Below are positions 40,752 through 52,621 of a stretch of DNA of 64,000 nt, piece by piece. The stretch covers positions 32,426,001 to 32,490,000 of the forward strand of contig NC_043012.1 of assembly GCF_006345805.1 (NCBI RefSeq), in the 5' to 3' direction. The position numbers and the translations under genes are program-made. Every line of letters starts with the position of its first letter. The first letter of the stretch is position 1. Source of the stretch: Octopus sinensis. Its lineage: Eukaryota. Under the pieces are notes generated by a model. It did no database searches. It was not told the origin of the DNA and saw nothing but the letters and a program-made list of their open reading frames with translations.

Positions 40752-41415
40752 GATTTATTAGAAGAAAATAAGAATTTAAGATTAAAGTAAAAAATAAATA
40801 ACACTGAAGCAAAATAACACCAAATATACAGTGCATGTGTTTTTATTGGCTAAACTGGCAAAATGACTATTCCTAAATACAACAATATCTGTTTCAATAC
40901 ACGATTTCACATCAAGAATCTTGCAAAACAAATATATAAACGTAAGAATTTAAAATATTATCGGAGATGTACTTGCAAAGCGAGTGACTTGATCTGAGAT
41001 CGTGTGCTGGAAAAGAAAACAATTGCAGCGTGAAATGTGTTTATAAGCCATTTTAAGAAACACACAAAAACCGTTAGATTCACTTGAACATTTAAATTTA
41101 ATTTGTCAAAATATTTTCGTCACTTTGAGACCACTGACAAAACTTCGTGCTTCATCTATTTTTTTTTTAATTATAACTTTTATATAATTTGTAAACTTGT
41201 TGCTTGGCGAATCGGATTGTGATGATAATTATGTTCCGTTTAGGTTTCCATACATGTTGTTGGTTGCCGATTAATGTTTTTCAAATATTTCTACATGTCG
41301 AGGCGCGTCCTTTGACTTTGTTACCAACGGATTTCCTAAAGCTTCGCCGATACTTTGCTGTCAGCTTTTGTGCTTATTTCAGGATAATGTTTTAACAAAT
41401 TTTCATTACTTAGCG

Positions 41416-41778
41416 ATGTGGAATTCGTCGAGTCGACTTAATAATGGCAGATCCATACAGTTTTGGAGACAAAATCGAAGATTACAATGTATTGAATCTG
41501 CTCGGCAAAGGAGGCTTTGCATGTGTTTACCGTGCCAAATGTATGAGAACCGGACAAGATGTAGCTATAAAAATGATCGACAAGAAACTGATGAAAGCTG
41601 CCGATATGGTGACGAGGGTTCGGAAAGAAGTGGAGATCCATTCTCGTATGAAACATCCAGCAGTGTTGGAACTCTATACTTACTTCGAGGACAAAAATTA
41701 TGTCTATCTTGTCCTGGAGTTGTGTCATCGGGGCGAGTTGCATCGCTATCTAAAAGCATACAACAAAGTTCTTTCTGA
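41416..41778 (+). promoter_or_regulatory. Out-of-frame upstream ORF overlapping the PLK4 start (120 aa)
   Basis: ATG at 41416 (G at -3) is 28 nt upstream of the PLK4 ATG, so it is out of frame, and it stays open to 41778. A second minimal uORF ATG-TTT-TAA lies at 41387-41395. The transcript start is unknown. Confidence 0.45.
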
Positions 41779-44476
41779 GGAAGAAGCTGTCGTATTTATG
41801 GATCAAATTATTAGCGGAATGATTTATTTACATTCCCACAATATTTTGCATCGTGATCTAACTCTGGCTAATCTCTTACTTACTCGCGAAATGGATGTGA
41901 AGATCGCAGATTTTGGCCTGGCCACTCAACTCCAAATGCCTGATGAAAAACACTTTACTATGTGTGGAACACCGAATTACATATCTCCGGAGGTTGCTAT
42001 GCGTACATCACATGGATTAGAAGCAGATGTCTGGTCCCTTGGATGTATGTTATACACCTTCCTTGTTGGAAACCCTCCATTTGATACAGAAGCGGTTAAA
42101 AGCACGCTAAACCGGGTTATTATGGTGGAATACGACTTGCCCAATTACCTTTCTCCGGAGGCCAAAGATCTGATCCAGTTACTATTACGGAAGGATCCGA
42201 AAGAAAGAATAGCACTCTCTGAAATTCCCGATCATCCATTTATGAAGAAGAGGTATCCTTTGAGCTTTAGACATCGGTGCCACCAGAATTGTCACGAAGC
42301 TTCGATAGATAGTGGTAAAGGTACGATGAATACAGAGACAAACAGCTGGAGCCGTAACATTAGTCATTCAACGAATGGTTCCAGAAGCCGGCCCCTTCTA
42401 GGATTACCCATCCAGGAAATACAAAGTTACATCTCAGAAAAAGACGATTACAGTTCGGAATTCTTTCCAGAAAATACCAATGTGTTTCCACATAAATTTC
42501 AACAAGGCAAATATTTGGATATTCACCCGGCTGCTATTTCTGCTTCGTCTACCCAACATCACAACCGAACAAATCCAAAAGTCGGCATCCAGACTGCCTT
42601 CCACCATGGAAGTTCTACTAAACCACCTCTCCAGTTAGAATCTCACCAACATAAGGTATTGTTGAACAAAAATCATATTCCAAATTCATATAATCATCAA
42701 ATAAGTAGACATGATTGTAATTATAATAAGTCTAATAACGTTCTTTGGGATCGACCTTTTCACGAAATGGCGGATTGTAATGTAGACCCTTCCAAAATTC
42801 CAGTAAATTCCAAAAGTACCTGTAGCCTTTCATGCAGTGGATCTTTATGTAGTAACAATGCTAACTTGTTATCAAGCGATCCGAGTTCGAGCAGTCAACC
42901 AAACTTATCTGATCAGAGCAGTAGCAACTCCTTACACATGCAGCCCGGTGTTGGCATTGCCTCGGATACCTCGTCAGAAGGTAGCAGTCCAGATATAGCC
43001 CTCAGGAAGGAAGGGCATGTAGGGACTCTATCAAAAATGGCATTTGGTAAAAACACTAAATTAAAAGAAGAGCCTACTCTTTCTCTGAAGAAAAGAGAGT
43101 GTGCTGGAGAAGATTGTGATAGTGGTTTGAAGACTGCAAATTCTTCAAACCAGATTAAGTATTCAACATCAGTAAGCAATGATCCAACTACTAAAATTAC
43201 AACTTCATCAAAAAACCGATCCAGCCATAATGCTGAATTACCCCCAAGTGCCATTTCAGCCCTTTCTTCAATACGATTACGACCCATTAGACAACGTACT
43301 AAGACAGCTTTTGTGAGCATCCTTGACAGTGGAGATGTGTGTTTGGAATTTGTAAAGAATCGAAGCAAAGAGGAATACATAGCAGAGATATTCTTGATTT
43401 CTCAGGATGGTCACAATGTGACTATATACCAAGCTAACAATGGACAAAAATTTGACCCCAATCAAGTCCCCCCTCCCCATTCAGCAAATGTCATTAAAAA
43501 AACATTTCATTTGCAATCTCTTCCTGAGAAATACCTGAAGAAATACCAGTATGCATCAAAATTTGTTAATCTTGTCAGATCAAAGACTCCAAAAGTGACG
43601 CTGTACACCACAAAGGCAAAATGTATGTTGATGGAGAATTATCCTGAGCCTGATTTTGAAGTGGATTTTTATGATGGTGCTAAATTTACTATTTCATCTT
43701 CGGGTATCAGAATCATCGAAAACAATGGTACTTCTCTTCTTTTGGAATCTGGTGAAACAGGTCAGTGCTTTAGTAGTGAAACACAAAAACTGTTAGCTTA
43801 TGTAAAAGATTGTCGTCAACGTTGTATTGAGTTAGAACAAGTGATAAGTACAGTTGAGCTAAGTTGTAAGACAGTAGATAACCTTTTCCCAATAATAATT
43901 GGACGGAAACCCAATGTACTTGTTGCTAATGCTAAAACAGATGACCATGATATAGTCAAGAGTGCCAAAGACAGTACCGGTCCCACTATTGTCCCTAGTG
44001 AACATCCTACAGATGTAGAGGGTTCCTTAGATGGAACTTACGCAAACAGTCCGTTGATAACTACACAAAACTCAACTTGTAACAGTTCTCTCCATAGAAA
44101 ATCCCCATTCAACAGGCCAGCCAGCCCTTCTGTTACCACTGATCTCACGTCCAGTGCATCTTCCAATCACAGTAGCTGCAACAATTCCTCTCACAGCAAC
44201 ACACACAGCAATAGAATAGTGCGACAGATTTTCGTTCCAAATGTTGGTTGGTCGTTCCAGTATATGAATGGGGAGATTTGGATAAAGTTTAACGACGGCA
44301 CCCAACTCGGTGTGAAGCCTTCAGGACAAACATTTAAGTACGTAGATGTTGATTGTAAAATGGCCAAGTACCAGAAAACAGATGTACTACCAGGTTTTGT
44401 TAAAAAGAAATTAGAAACAGTTCCATTTGTGGTTAAAAGTTTGTTGTCAGATAACAGAATGCCTGAGATTCCATAA
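41444..44476 (+). CDS. PLK4: Serine/threonine-protein kinase PLK4 (SAK), single coding exon, 1010 aa
   Basis: Uninterrupted 3033-nt ORF. N-terminus [42 protein letters not shown] and [12 protein letters not shown] match the PLK4 kinase. Cryptic polo box motifs LRPIRQRTK and [19 protein letters not shown], and PB3 motif IFVPNVGW...FNDGTQL, are present. Strong start context ataATGg. Confidence 0.96.
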   Translation: MADPYSFGDKIEDYNVLNLLGKGGFACVYRAKCMRTGQDVAIKMIDKKLMKAADMVTRVRKEVEIHSRMKHPAVLELYTYFEDKNYVYLVLELCHRGELHRYLKAYNKVLSEEEAVVFMDQIISGMIYLHSHNILHRDLTLANLLLTREMDVKIADFGLATQLQMPDEKHFTMCGTPNYISPEVAMRTSHGLEADVWSLGCMLYTFLVGNPPFDTEAVKSTLNRVIMVEYDLPNYLSPEAKDLIQLLLRKDPKERIALSEIPDHPFMKKRYPLSFRHRCHQNCHEASIDSGKGTMNTETNSWSRNISHSTNGSRSRPLLGLPIQEIQSYISEKDDYSSEFFPENTNVFPHKFQQGKYLDIHPAAISASSTQHHNRTNPKVGIQTAFHHGSSTKPPLQLESHQHKVLLNKNHIPNSYNHQISRHDCNYNKSNNVLWDRPFHEMADCNVDPSKIPVNSKSTCSLSCSGSLCSNNANLLSSDPSSSSQPNLSDQSSSNSLHMQPGVGIASDTSSEGSSPDIALRKEGHVGTLSKMAFGKNTKLKEEPTLSLKKRECAGEDCDSGLKTANSSNQIKYSTSVSNDPTTKITTSSKNRSSHNAELPPSAISALSSIRLRPIRQRTKTAFVSILDSGDVCLEFVKNRSKEEYIAEIFLISQDGHNVTIYQANNGQKFDPNQVPPPHSANVIKKTFHLQSLPEKYLKKYQYASKFVNLVRSKTPKVTLYTTKAKCMLMENYPEPDFEVDFYDGAKFTISSSGIRIIENNGTSLLLESGETGQCFSSETQKLLAYVKDCRQRCIELEQVISTVELSCKTVDNLFPIIIGRKPNVLVANAKTDDHDIVKSAKDSTGPTIVPSEHPTDVEGSLDGTYANSPLITTQNSTCNSSLHRKSPFNRPASPSVTTDLTSSASSNHSSCNNSSHSNTHSNRIVRQIFVPNVGWSFQYMNGEIWIKFNDGTQLGVKPSGQTFKYVDVDCKMAKYQKTDVLPGFVKKKLETVPFVVKSLLSDNRMPEIP
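42308..42325 (+). other. PLK4 beta-TrCP/Slimb phosphodegron DSGKGT
   Basis: gat agt ggt aaa ggt acg = DSGKGT just after the kinase domain, the position of the DSGxxT degron in human and fly PLK4. Confidence 0.8.
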
Positions 44477-44558
44477 CACATTATTCTTCATCTTTCATCT
44501 TTTACATTTGGTATATTTGTTTATATATATATATATATATATATTTATTATATAGAAG

Positions 44559-44611
44559 GAGCTTCTACAGGACTAGTACTGTTTCATTCAAGAGAAATCT
44601 TCAGGAAGCTC
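44559..44611 (-). ncRNA. Second, inverted copy of the same hammerhead on the minus strand
   Basis: Exact reverse complement of 44614-44666, with a 7-bp stem I and an identical core. Confidence 0.65.
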
Positions 44612-44668
44612 AGGAGCTTCCTGAAGATTTCTCTTGAATGAAACAGTACTAGTCCTGTAGAAGCTCCT
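44612..44668 (+). ncRNA. Type I hammerhead ribozyme (Penelope-like element type), sense to PLK4
   Basis: Stem I AGGAGCTTC (44612-20) pairs with GAAGCTCCT (44660-68). Core CTGAAGA 44621-27. Stem II TTC-tctt-GAA with a U.U closing pair. GAAA 44640-43. Stem III ACAG/CTGT with loop TACTAGTC. Cleavage triplet GTA, cut predicted after 44659. Confidence 0.72.
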
Positions 44669-44675
44669 TCTATAT

Positions 44676-44681
44676 AATAAA
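44676..44681 (+). terminator. First AATAAA downstream of the PLK4 stop (candidate poly(A) signal)
   Basis: No AATAAA or ATTAAA seen between 44477 and 44675. The hexamer lies inside the right palindrome arm. Confidence 0.3.
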
Positions 44682-46634
44682 TTAATTTTACTCTGCTATG
44701 TATTGAGTACCTTACTTACTGTGGTTAACCCCGGATCAACCCGGGACCTACATATATATATATATATTATATATATATGTATGTATGTATATATAAAGGT
44801 GTGTGTATGTTATCTGACTTGTCACAACAAATTCTATTAATATTTCAAATTTCATGTGGTTTCTTACTCTTCCTTATAGTTTTTCTTCATTTGTTTGCTT
44901 GACATCTGCTAGTTTGCTGAATTTTGATCTTTTCTCACATATTTTAATCATGAAATTTTAATTCAACTTCTCTCACACCACGCAATTTTTCAAACCTTTT
45001 TGTATATTTATTTATTAACATTCCTCTGTCTCCACTCTATCCTCCATCCACCTTCTCTCACTCTTATCATTTTTCTCCTCTACTTTTAACTTTTGCAAAA
45101 GAATAGCTTCTTTTTTTTTTAAAAAAAAAAGACAGAAAGATTGTTTTGTCCCTGTTTGCTGCTCTTCCAAACTAAAAAAAATTCATTTTTGCAGTCTTCC
45201 CTTTTTCAATGTTAAACCATTTTATATGTTGGTTTTAATGTCTCCAGTATTTATTCATACATTTTTATCTTAATTTAATTACCATTTCAAAATCATACCA
45301 ATTAACTCTGCATAGAGAATGGTATGGTGAGAGTAAACTTCACTTTGTCTGCATGCATTAGGGATAAATAAAGGAGACTAACAAATTAATAGAAACATTA
45401 TTTCTAAATCTTTCAAAGAGAGATTACTAATAAATTACCTTCAATTATACAATAGACACATCAGGAGATCTTAATTAGAAGACATTGTTTAAAAGTATAA
45501 GAAAACAAAAGCAATGAGAAATCCCTTTTTTTTGTGTGTGTATTTTTTCTATTTGCTCCTCATTTAATTGCTGATGGTTTTTTTTTTGTTTTTGTTTTCC
45601 ATGCTTTATACACCCTTTTTGTCTGCATAATTATCCCCATTTATAGTTTATCACTTAACGACTATTTTGAGATTGATTTTTCTTAATGAGAAAAGCTCTT
45701 CATCGATTTCTATTCCTGGCCAAATTATCACTGATTCCCAGCCCTTCTTCCCACACCACCACCACCGCTCTTATCTGCACCCCCACCCACCCAAAAGCAA
45801 ACTTGTTCACAACTAGAGTTTCCAACCACTCATTGCCGAACATTCACACACAATGCTGTACATACCAAGAATCGATTAACCAAACAACTTCATCAACACT
45901 ATGTGGACTCCACATCATTATTTTATTTATTTTTTACACCCCTCCACAATGATGCACTCAACACACCTGCGCACACTAACATCTTTGTTTTATTATTATC
46001 ATCATCATCATCATCACCATCATAATCATCAACTATTGGCTTCATTTTGCATACCTCTTTCTCTTCCTTTTTTTCCATTTCCACTTTGTTCATTCCGTCT
46101 TGTACATATTCTTTTGTTATTGGTCTTTTGACCTTAAACCAAACAGAACTGACTGACACTTAGACACTTGTATAACGACTAGGATCAGGTATGTTCTGTA
46201 TAAAACTGTTTTTCTACTGAGACGTGTATAGCTGCATTTCTGTGTGTGAGTGTGTGTATGCACGTGCATTCTGAATGTGTTTCAAATTTGTTTACTCTCA
46301 AATATAATTTTTGTATTAAAAGGTTTAAAAATATATAAAACTGCAACATAACAAATTTTATATTATTTTATATTCTATCTATATTATCGGTATTAGTTAC
46401 ATTACAGTTGTTGTTTATATATTTTTTATTATCATCAGTGCCATTGTTATTTTTTTTTCATAATCATCATGGTAATTATTAATGATAATGATTATATTAA
46501 GTCAATACTACTATCAATATTAGTAGTAATGCTACAATTACTATTCTTATTGTTAATGTTATTATTAATATTTATATAGTCTTATTTTTATTTAATCATA
46601 TCAGAGTCAATAAAATATATACCAGTAATATGCT

Positions 46635-48403
46635 AAGGTAAGATGGCAAACTGGCAGAATCATTAGCACACCGGGCAAAATGCTTAGCAGTATTTCATCC
46701 GTCTTTGCATTCTGAGTTCAAATTCCACTGAGGTTGACTTTGCCTTTCATCCTTTCTGGTTCAATAAAATAAGTACCAGCTGAACACTGGGGTCGAATTA
46801 ATCATCTTAGCCCCTTCCCTGAAATTCCTGGCCTTGTGCTAAAATTTGAAACCAGTCTAATAGTAATCTAGTGGATTATGCCCCTTACCTTCATTAATCC
46901 TACCTAATAAAGAAAATGTTAAACTAATATTAATATTTATAGTGCTGTCATGATTTTCATGAGAGGGAGGATATAGTGCAGTAAGTTTAAACCAGTTTAT
47001 TACAGGTATTTAACATGAATAAAATAACAATATTAAAATTGGTGTTTTAATATTATCATAGATCCAGCAATCAAAGAACCAGTATTGTATTGGTTTCTAT
47101 TTATCAGATTGAACAGAATTACTATAAAGATCAATATTATTATAAAGGTGGTGAAATTGGCAGAATGAGTAGAGCACCAGATGAAAAAACTTGTAATATT
47201 TGGTTTTGTCCCTTTATGTTCTGAGTTCAAATCCTGCCTCTCTGTCATCTATCCTGTATCGATAAATGGTTTTGATTTAATCAACTGTTCCTTTCCTTGT
47301 ATATGTGGCCTTGTGTCTAAGTTAGAAGTCATTATTATCTTTATTATTAAGGTGGTGAGCTGACCATATGGTCAGGGCATTGAACAAAATGCTCAACAGC
47401 ATTTCTTCCAGCTCTTTCCATTCTCAGTTCAAATGCCTCCCAGGTCAACTTTGCCATTCGTCTTTTCAGGCTTGATAAAATAAAACTCCAGTCAAGTACT
47501 GGGATCGGTGATATCATCTGATCCCTTCCTCTTGAAATTGCTGGCCATCTGCCAAAATTTGCCAAGCTGGCAGAATCAGTAGCATGCCAGACAAAATGCT
47601 TAGCTACAGTGTTTCTGGTTTTAAATTCAAAGTTCAAATTCCACCGAGACCGACTTTGCTTTTCATCCTTTCAGGGTCAATAAAAATAAGTACAAGTTGA
47701 ACACTGGGGTTGATGTAATCAACTACTCAACTCCCTCAAAATTTCAGGCCTTGTGCCTGTTGTAGAAAGGATTATTATTTTTAAGGTGGTGAGCTGACAG
47801 GATCATTAGGACACTAGGCAAAATGCTTAGCAGAATTTCATCCATCATTGTGTTCTGTGTTCAAATTCTGCTGATTTTCAGAGTTGATTAAATAAGTACT
47901 AGTTGAGCACTGGGCTTGATGTGATCGACTATCCCCGTCCTCACAAATTCTAGGCCTTGTACCTATAGTAGAGAGGATTATTATTATTATTATAAAGGGC
48001 AGTAGATTGTTGGAATTGTTAGAACATCGAACCAAATGTCTTACAGTATTTTCTTCTGGCTCTTTATGCTCTGTGTTCAATTCCCACCACAAATTCATAG
48101 AATAAAGTACCATTCAAATAATGGAATCAATGTAATCAACTAGCCTCTCCCCAAAAATTTTAGGCTTTGTGCTTATATTAAAAATAAAAATTTAAATAAT
48201 TACTACTACTACATTTTGAGTTCAAATTCCACCAAGGTCAACTTTGCCTTTCATCTTTTCAAGGTCGATAAAATAAGTACCAGTCAAGCACTGGGGTTGA
48301 TTTAATCAACTTGCCCCTTCCCCAAAATTTTAGGCCTTGTGCTTATAGTAAGAAAAATTATTATTATTATTATTGTTATCATTATCATTATTATTATTAT
48401 TGC

Positions 48404-48434
<31 letters not shown>

Positions 48435-48455
48435 GCTATTATTATTATTATTAAT
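46635..48455 (+). mobile_element. Cluster of seven co-oriented SINE copies, six of them head-to-tail
   Basis: Units start at about 46635, 47146, 47349, 47560, 47782, 47993 and 48212. Shared GGTGAGCTGGCAGAATC...GAGTTCAAATTCC...AATAAGTACC...GGCCTTGTG, mostly with (ATT)n tails. Confidence 0.85.
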
Positions 48456-48879
48456 TTTTTTTGTATTTTTAATGTTAAAAATATGGTGAAAAAAAGGAAA
48501 CTAATTTCAACGTCGTTTCAAATTTTTAACTAAACTCTTCACTTTGATATTATTTATATATACTAGTGTATTTGAAATATCAACATCAAATTCTCAAAAG
48601 GAAATATTTATTTCTTAAAGAATGTTGGCACACTCAAATAAATATGATTTCATTCTTACACTCAGAAGTTTCTATTTTTTATGGGTTTTTTTCCCTTTCT
48701 GATAGTCTTAAAAAGTTAACAAGAATTTTTGATGTCAAGAATTTTATAAACTTTTGGGAGAACATGAAATAATTCTTTTTTTGGAATAGTGGATCTTAAA
48801 GCACACATAAAAGGTAAAGATCCCACTTCGGTCACGAATGACCATGGGATTACACGTAGAAAGTTATCCGCCAAGGTAC

Positions 48880-49152
48880 AAGTCTGGGCAAGGTTGTTTA
48901 CAGAAGGCCAGCAGTTGCCCATGCATACCAGCCTACCGTCTCCATGCCACCGATGTTATCCAAGGGAAAGGCAAAGGCTGGTACAGCTTGGCACCAGTGA
49001 CGTTGTAACTCAATTCTTCAGCTAGGTGAACTGGAACAACGTGAAATAAAGTGTCTTGCTGAAGAACACAACACACAGTCTAGTCCAGGAATTGAACTCA
49101 CTACCTCATGATTGTAAGTCTGATGCTCTAACCACTGAGCCATGTGCCTTCA
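48880..49152 (-). mobile_element. tRNA-derived SINE inserted between the inverted arms (48730-48815 / 49325-49405) of a MITE-like element
   Basis: Minus-strand A box TGGCTCAGTGG and B box AGTTCAATTCC. The flanking inverted repeats are visible. Confidence 0.7.
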
Positions 49153-50149
49153 CACATAAAGCTATAAATAAAATAGAGAAATTTGAAGGATTGCTTTTGT
49201 CCAATGATAGGATGCTTGTCATGTCTTCAAGAGATGTAGGATTGAGTCCCACTGGCAGCTTTCAAATTTTCTATCCAAAAGGGTTTTTCCATTCCATATT
49301 TACATGTTATTATTTATAGCTTTATATGTGCTTCGAGATCCACTATTCCAAAAAATAATTATTTCACATTCTCTCAAAAATTTATAAAATTCTTATGACA
49401 TCAATGAAATACAATTCTTGCTGGTAAGAAATAATATTTCTAAAATGGACAGAAGAATTTGAAGGATTACTGTCATCCAAGGTAGGATGCTTGTCGTATC
49501 TACAGATGTAGGTATTTGTGCTATGGGCAGTCTTCAGATTTTCTACAAAAGAGTTTTTCAACCCAATATATCCATACTGTTATTTATAGCTTTATGTGTA
49601 TTACAAGATACAAAAAATTCCAAAAAATGAATTTATTTTACAAAGGAAGGCTGAAAAGTTCATAGGCTGACCAAGATGCTCTCATGGAATGTGACCAAGT
49701 GAGGTTTAGTTATCCCCCTTGCAGTCCATATACTTCTTCCATCAGCCACTAGGCCATGCACCCTCACACACATACATGTGAAGATGCATGCCACCACTTG
49801 ACCACCACTACTGACTTGTTTATATCACCATAACTTAAAGAGTCAGCAAAAGAAACCAATATTACAAAAAACAAACTTTAAGAAATAAGTACTGAGGGAT
49901 GATTTATTCAACTAACCCTATTAAAGCAATGCTCCAACATGGCCTTGAAACAAGTCTGAGAAAGAGAAAAAAAGGTATGAACTTTCATATAGTTTCCATA
50001 ATTACTTTATATTATAAGGGTTGGCTAAAGAGTTCATAGGTTGATCAAGATACTCTCATGGAATGTGACCAAATGTGGCTGATCTTTCAACATAGTCCAT
50101 GCACTTCCAGTGGTGTAAATTGCACAATACCCAATGCTTAATAGTTCCT

Positions 50150-50480
50150 GACAGCTAATGAGTGCCATACATGTGGCAGCAGGATTCGGCTCCTTCCAAT
50201 ACCTACAGGTGGAGTCAGAAGTGGTTGTTGGAGAATTTCTACAACTTCACTAGCCCCAATTTCTGACCTTCTAATTCTTCTGATTGTAATCCCATGGATT
50301 ACTATGTGTAGGATGCTGTTGAGAAAGACACCAACTGCCCTGCTTGTAACACCAAGGCTGAGCTGGTGGTTAAGATTAAGGAGGGGTTTGAAGATCTCCC
50401 CAGGGACACAGGAATGCATCTGCCAGGTTTCAGAGCCATTTTGAGGCCATGGTGAAAGATGAGGGCAGCTTATCTCTTGG
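50150..50480 (+). mobile_element. maT/DD37D transposase C-terminal relic
   Basis: QQDSAP...*PSNSSDCNPMDYYV*; counted 37 residues between the two D residues. Confidence 0.75.
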
Positions 50481-50713
50481 CCATTAGTTGATATGTTTGG
50501 ATTTTTAAAATACTTTTATTTTTGGATGGGATATTTTATCCCTTTTATGCAATCTGTCAGATTTAGCTCAGAGACTCTGTATGTTTGTGTGTCTGTTAAT
50601 GATTCCTTGCCTTCACTTCATGTTATCATTGTAAACAAGGGTCATTATCATGCATGCAGTGTCCTTTCCAATCGTCTTTGAAAATGTGTCTGGTCATGGA
50701 GAATATAACCTTA

Positions 50714-51074
50714 CTAGCACTATGACCCGGTGTTGCCAGGTCATAGTGCTACTGCATGCATATACAGCTGTGGGCGTGCGCACATACACGCGAGTACTGT
50801 CCAAATCTCCGACCAATCACATACAGCTAGCTGGCATTCAATTGGCGTATCAAGTTTCAGGCATTTTGATTGGGTTTTGGATGGAAAATTCACAAAAAAG
50901 TCACTTCTATTGATTTTTTAATGGCTTTGCGGGGTGACTGGGGAAATGTAAAGATGTGCACGACCACCCTTGATGGTTTTGAATGACCATAGAAAGTGCG
51001 AGCCCTCTAACTGAAAAATTGTGGATTTGTATAAAGGACACACACACAGACATTTTGCCGTTTACATATATAGA
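50714..51074 (-). mobile_element. Second copy of the 26133 Helitron-like element
   Basis: Near-identical reverse complement, including the terminal hairpin. Confidence 0.75.
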
Positions 51075-52621
51075 AATTTGGAAATAGAGCATCCTGCTGT
51101 AAGCATGAAAATGTGGACATTATAATGTTAATGAGGATGATAGAGACAACGACGATGACGATGATTAATTCTATGGAAATGTAGTCAACTAACACCGAAT
51201 GCAGATAGTTTAGAAATGTGGAATATAGTTAATTGAATTTAACTCATTTATCAAGCCTGGATGGTAAAATAATGTTGAGCTCAGACAGTGCTGGAAGAAA
51301 TGTCTTGCATTATTTAACTTAATCTCCCTACAATCTCAGTTGAGATCCAAGTGGGTTTGGTTTTTACTTTTAATCCTTTCACATCAATAAATAAGAGTTG
51401 ATTCAATTGACTCTGCTCTTTGTGACTATACATGCTGGAGTAAGAAACCATTATAGCTATTGAGGTGTGCTACTATGGGCATAGACATGTACAGAGATAA
51501 GTTGCATGCTTTATAGTATTTAGTAAGGCTTCACTGATATAAATTTCAGCTGGTGGTGGTTGACTGTTCTTTCCCTTATTGCTAATAACACAAGTATGAA
51601 TAAATGCACTAAAATTGATTCTCATCAACAACAAAATCCTTCCTTTACAAAACAGCCTTGTACACTTGAAAGAAACCATCATCATCATCATGATCATCGT
51701 TCTTGGTAATTTCATAAATGACTTTCTGCTTCAAGCAGGATTGTAGTCATTGTTTAATAACAAAGAATTAAGGAAAAAAAATTACAAAGAAAAGGAAAAA
51801 GGAAATATTGTTGTGCATAAAAGTATTTGTTCTCCAACACTAGTTGTTTTCAGTGGCTGAATGGAATATTGACGGAATAATACTGGCATAAAATAGGCTT
51901 TATTCCTTTGAGCTTTTATTAGGAACTGATTATTAATTATGCCATGCTTGCTCATTATTAAGTATTAGTAAAATACTAAGGTAGAATAAGCAGTGGAAGA
52001 ACCAGCTCAGGAACATAACTAATTCAGGAATATGACCAGCTCTGTATACTTCTATTTAGACAGCTGTGGTAAAAAAGTTATCAAATTTTCTTTTTACCTA
52101 CATTATCTATAATAAACTAACTTCCTATTAACGAGGGTAATCTTTTATTTAATTAACAAAGCACCAGCTTTATGAGAACCAATGCTTATTGAGATTTCAT
52201 CATTGTTAAAATGTTGTTGCTGTTGTTATTTAACTGCCCATGTTAATCCCGATTGAGTTGCATTCCATTCATGACCACTTTGTGTTATATTGTCTTCCTT
52301 TTTTTAAAAATGGTGGGGAATGATTTAAAGGAAATTTGCTGTTATTTCTAGCAGGTCAAGCAACCACTTGTAGCTTCTCTCATTGTTTTGCTATATTTAG
52401 AAAGTTGTAGAATGGCACTACTGATAGAGTATCATATTAAGTACTTTACAATATTTATGTTCTACAACACTCATGTCCAAACCATACCAAGATCATCCCT
52501 TTGTCGTTGATATAATCCAGCCTTATTTGTGCCCAGTCAAAAGATGTCATCACTTATTGATGGCCAACCACAAATAATAAAATACCATATAGCTATGGTA
52601 TGACCTCACCTGCAATTTGCA

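Larger units (their letters stand above)
44543..44682. repeat. Perfect palindrome, 69-bp arms with a 2-nt spacer, set between (TA)n tracts
   Basis: 44543-44611 is the exact reverse complement of 44614-44682; spacer AG. Confidence 0.95.

Noticed and set aside
41438-44481. Antisense ORFs within PLK4 (e.g. 42913-43380, 155 aa)
   Set aside because: Expected shadow ORFs of a long coding sequence, with no motifs.
44477-44545. Retrogene poly(A) tail or TSD for PLK4
   Set aside because: Only T-rich sequence and (TA)n were found, with no A tract and no matching upstream direct repeat.
48339-48533. Hydrophobic poly-Ile ORF
   Set aside because: Translation of the (ATT)n SINE tail.
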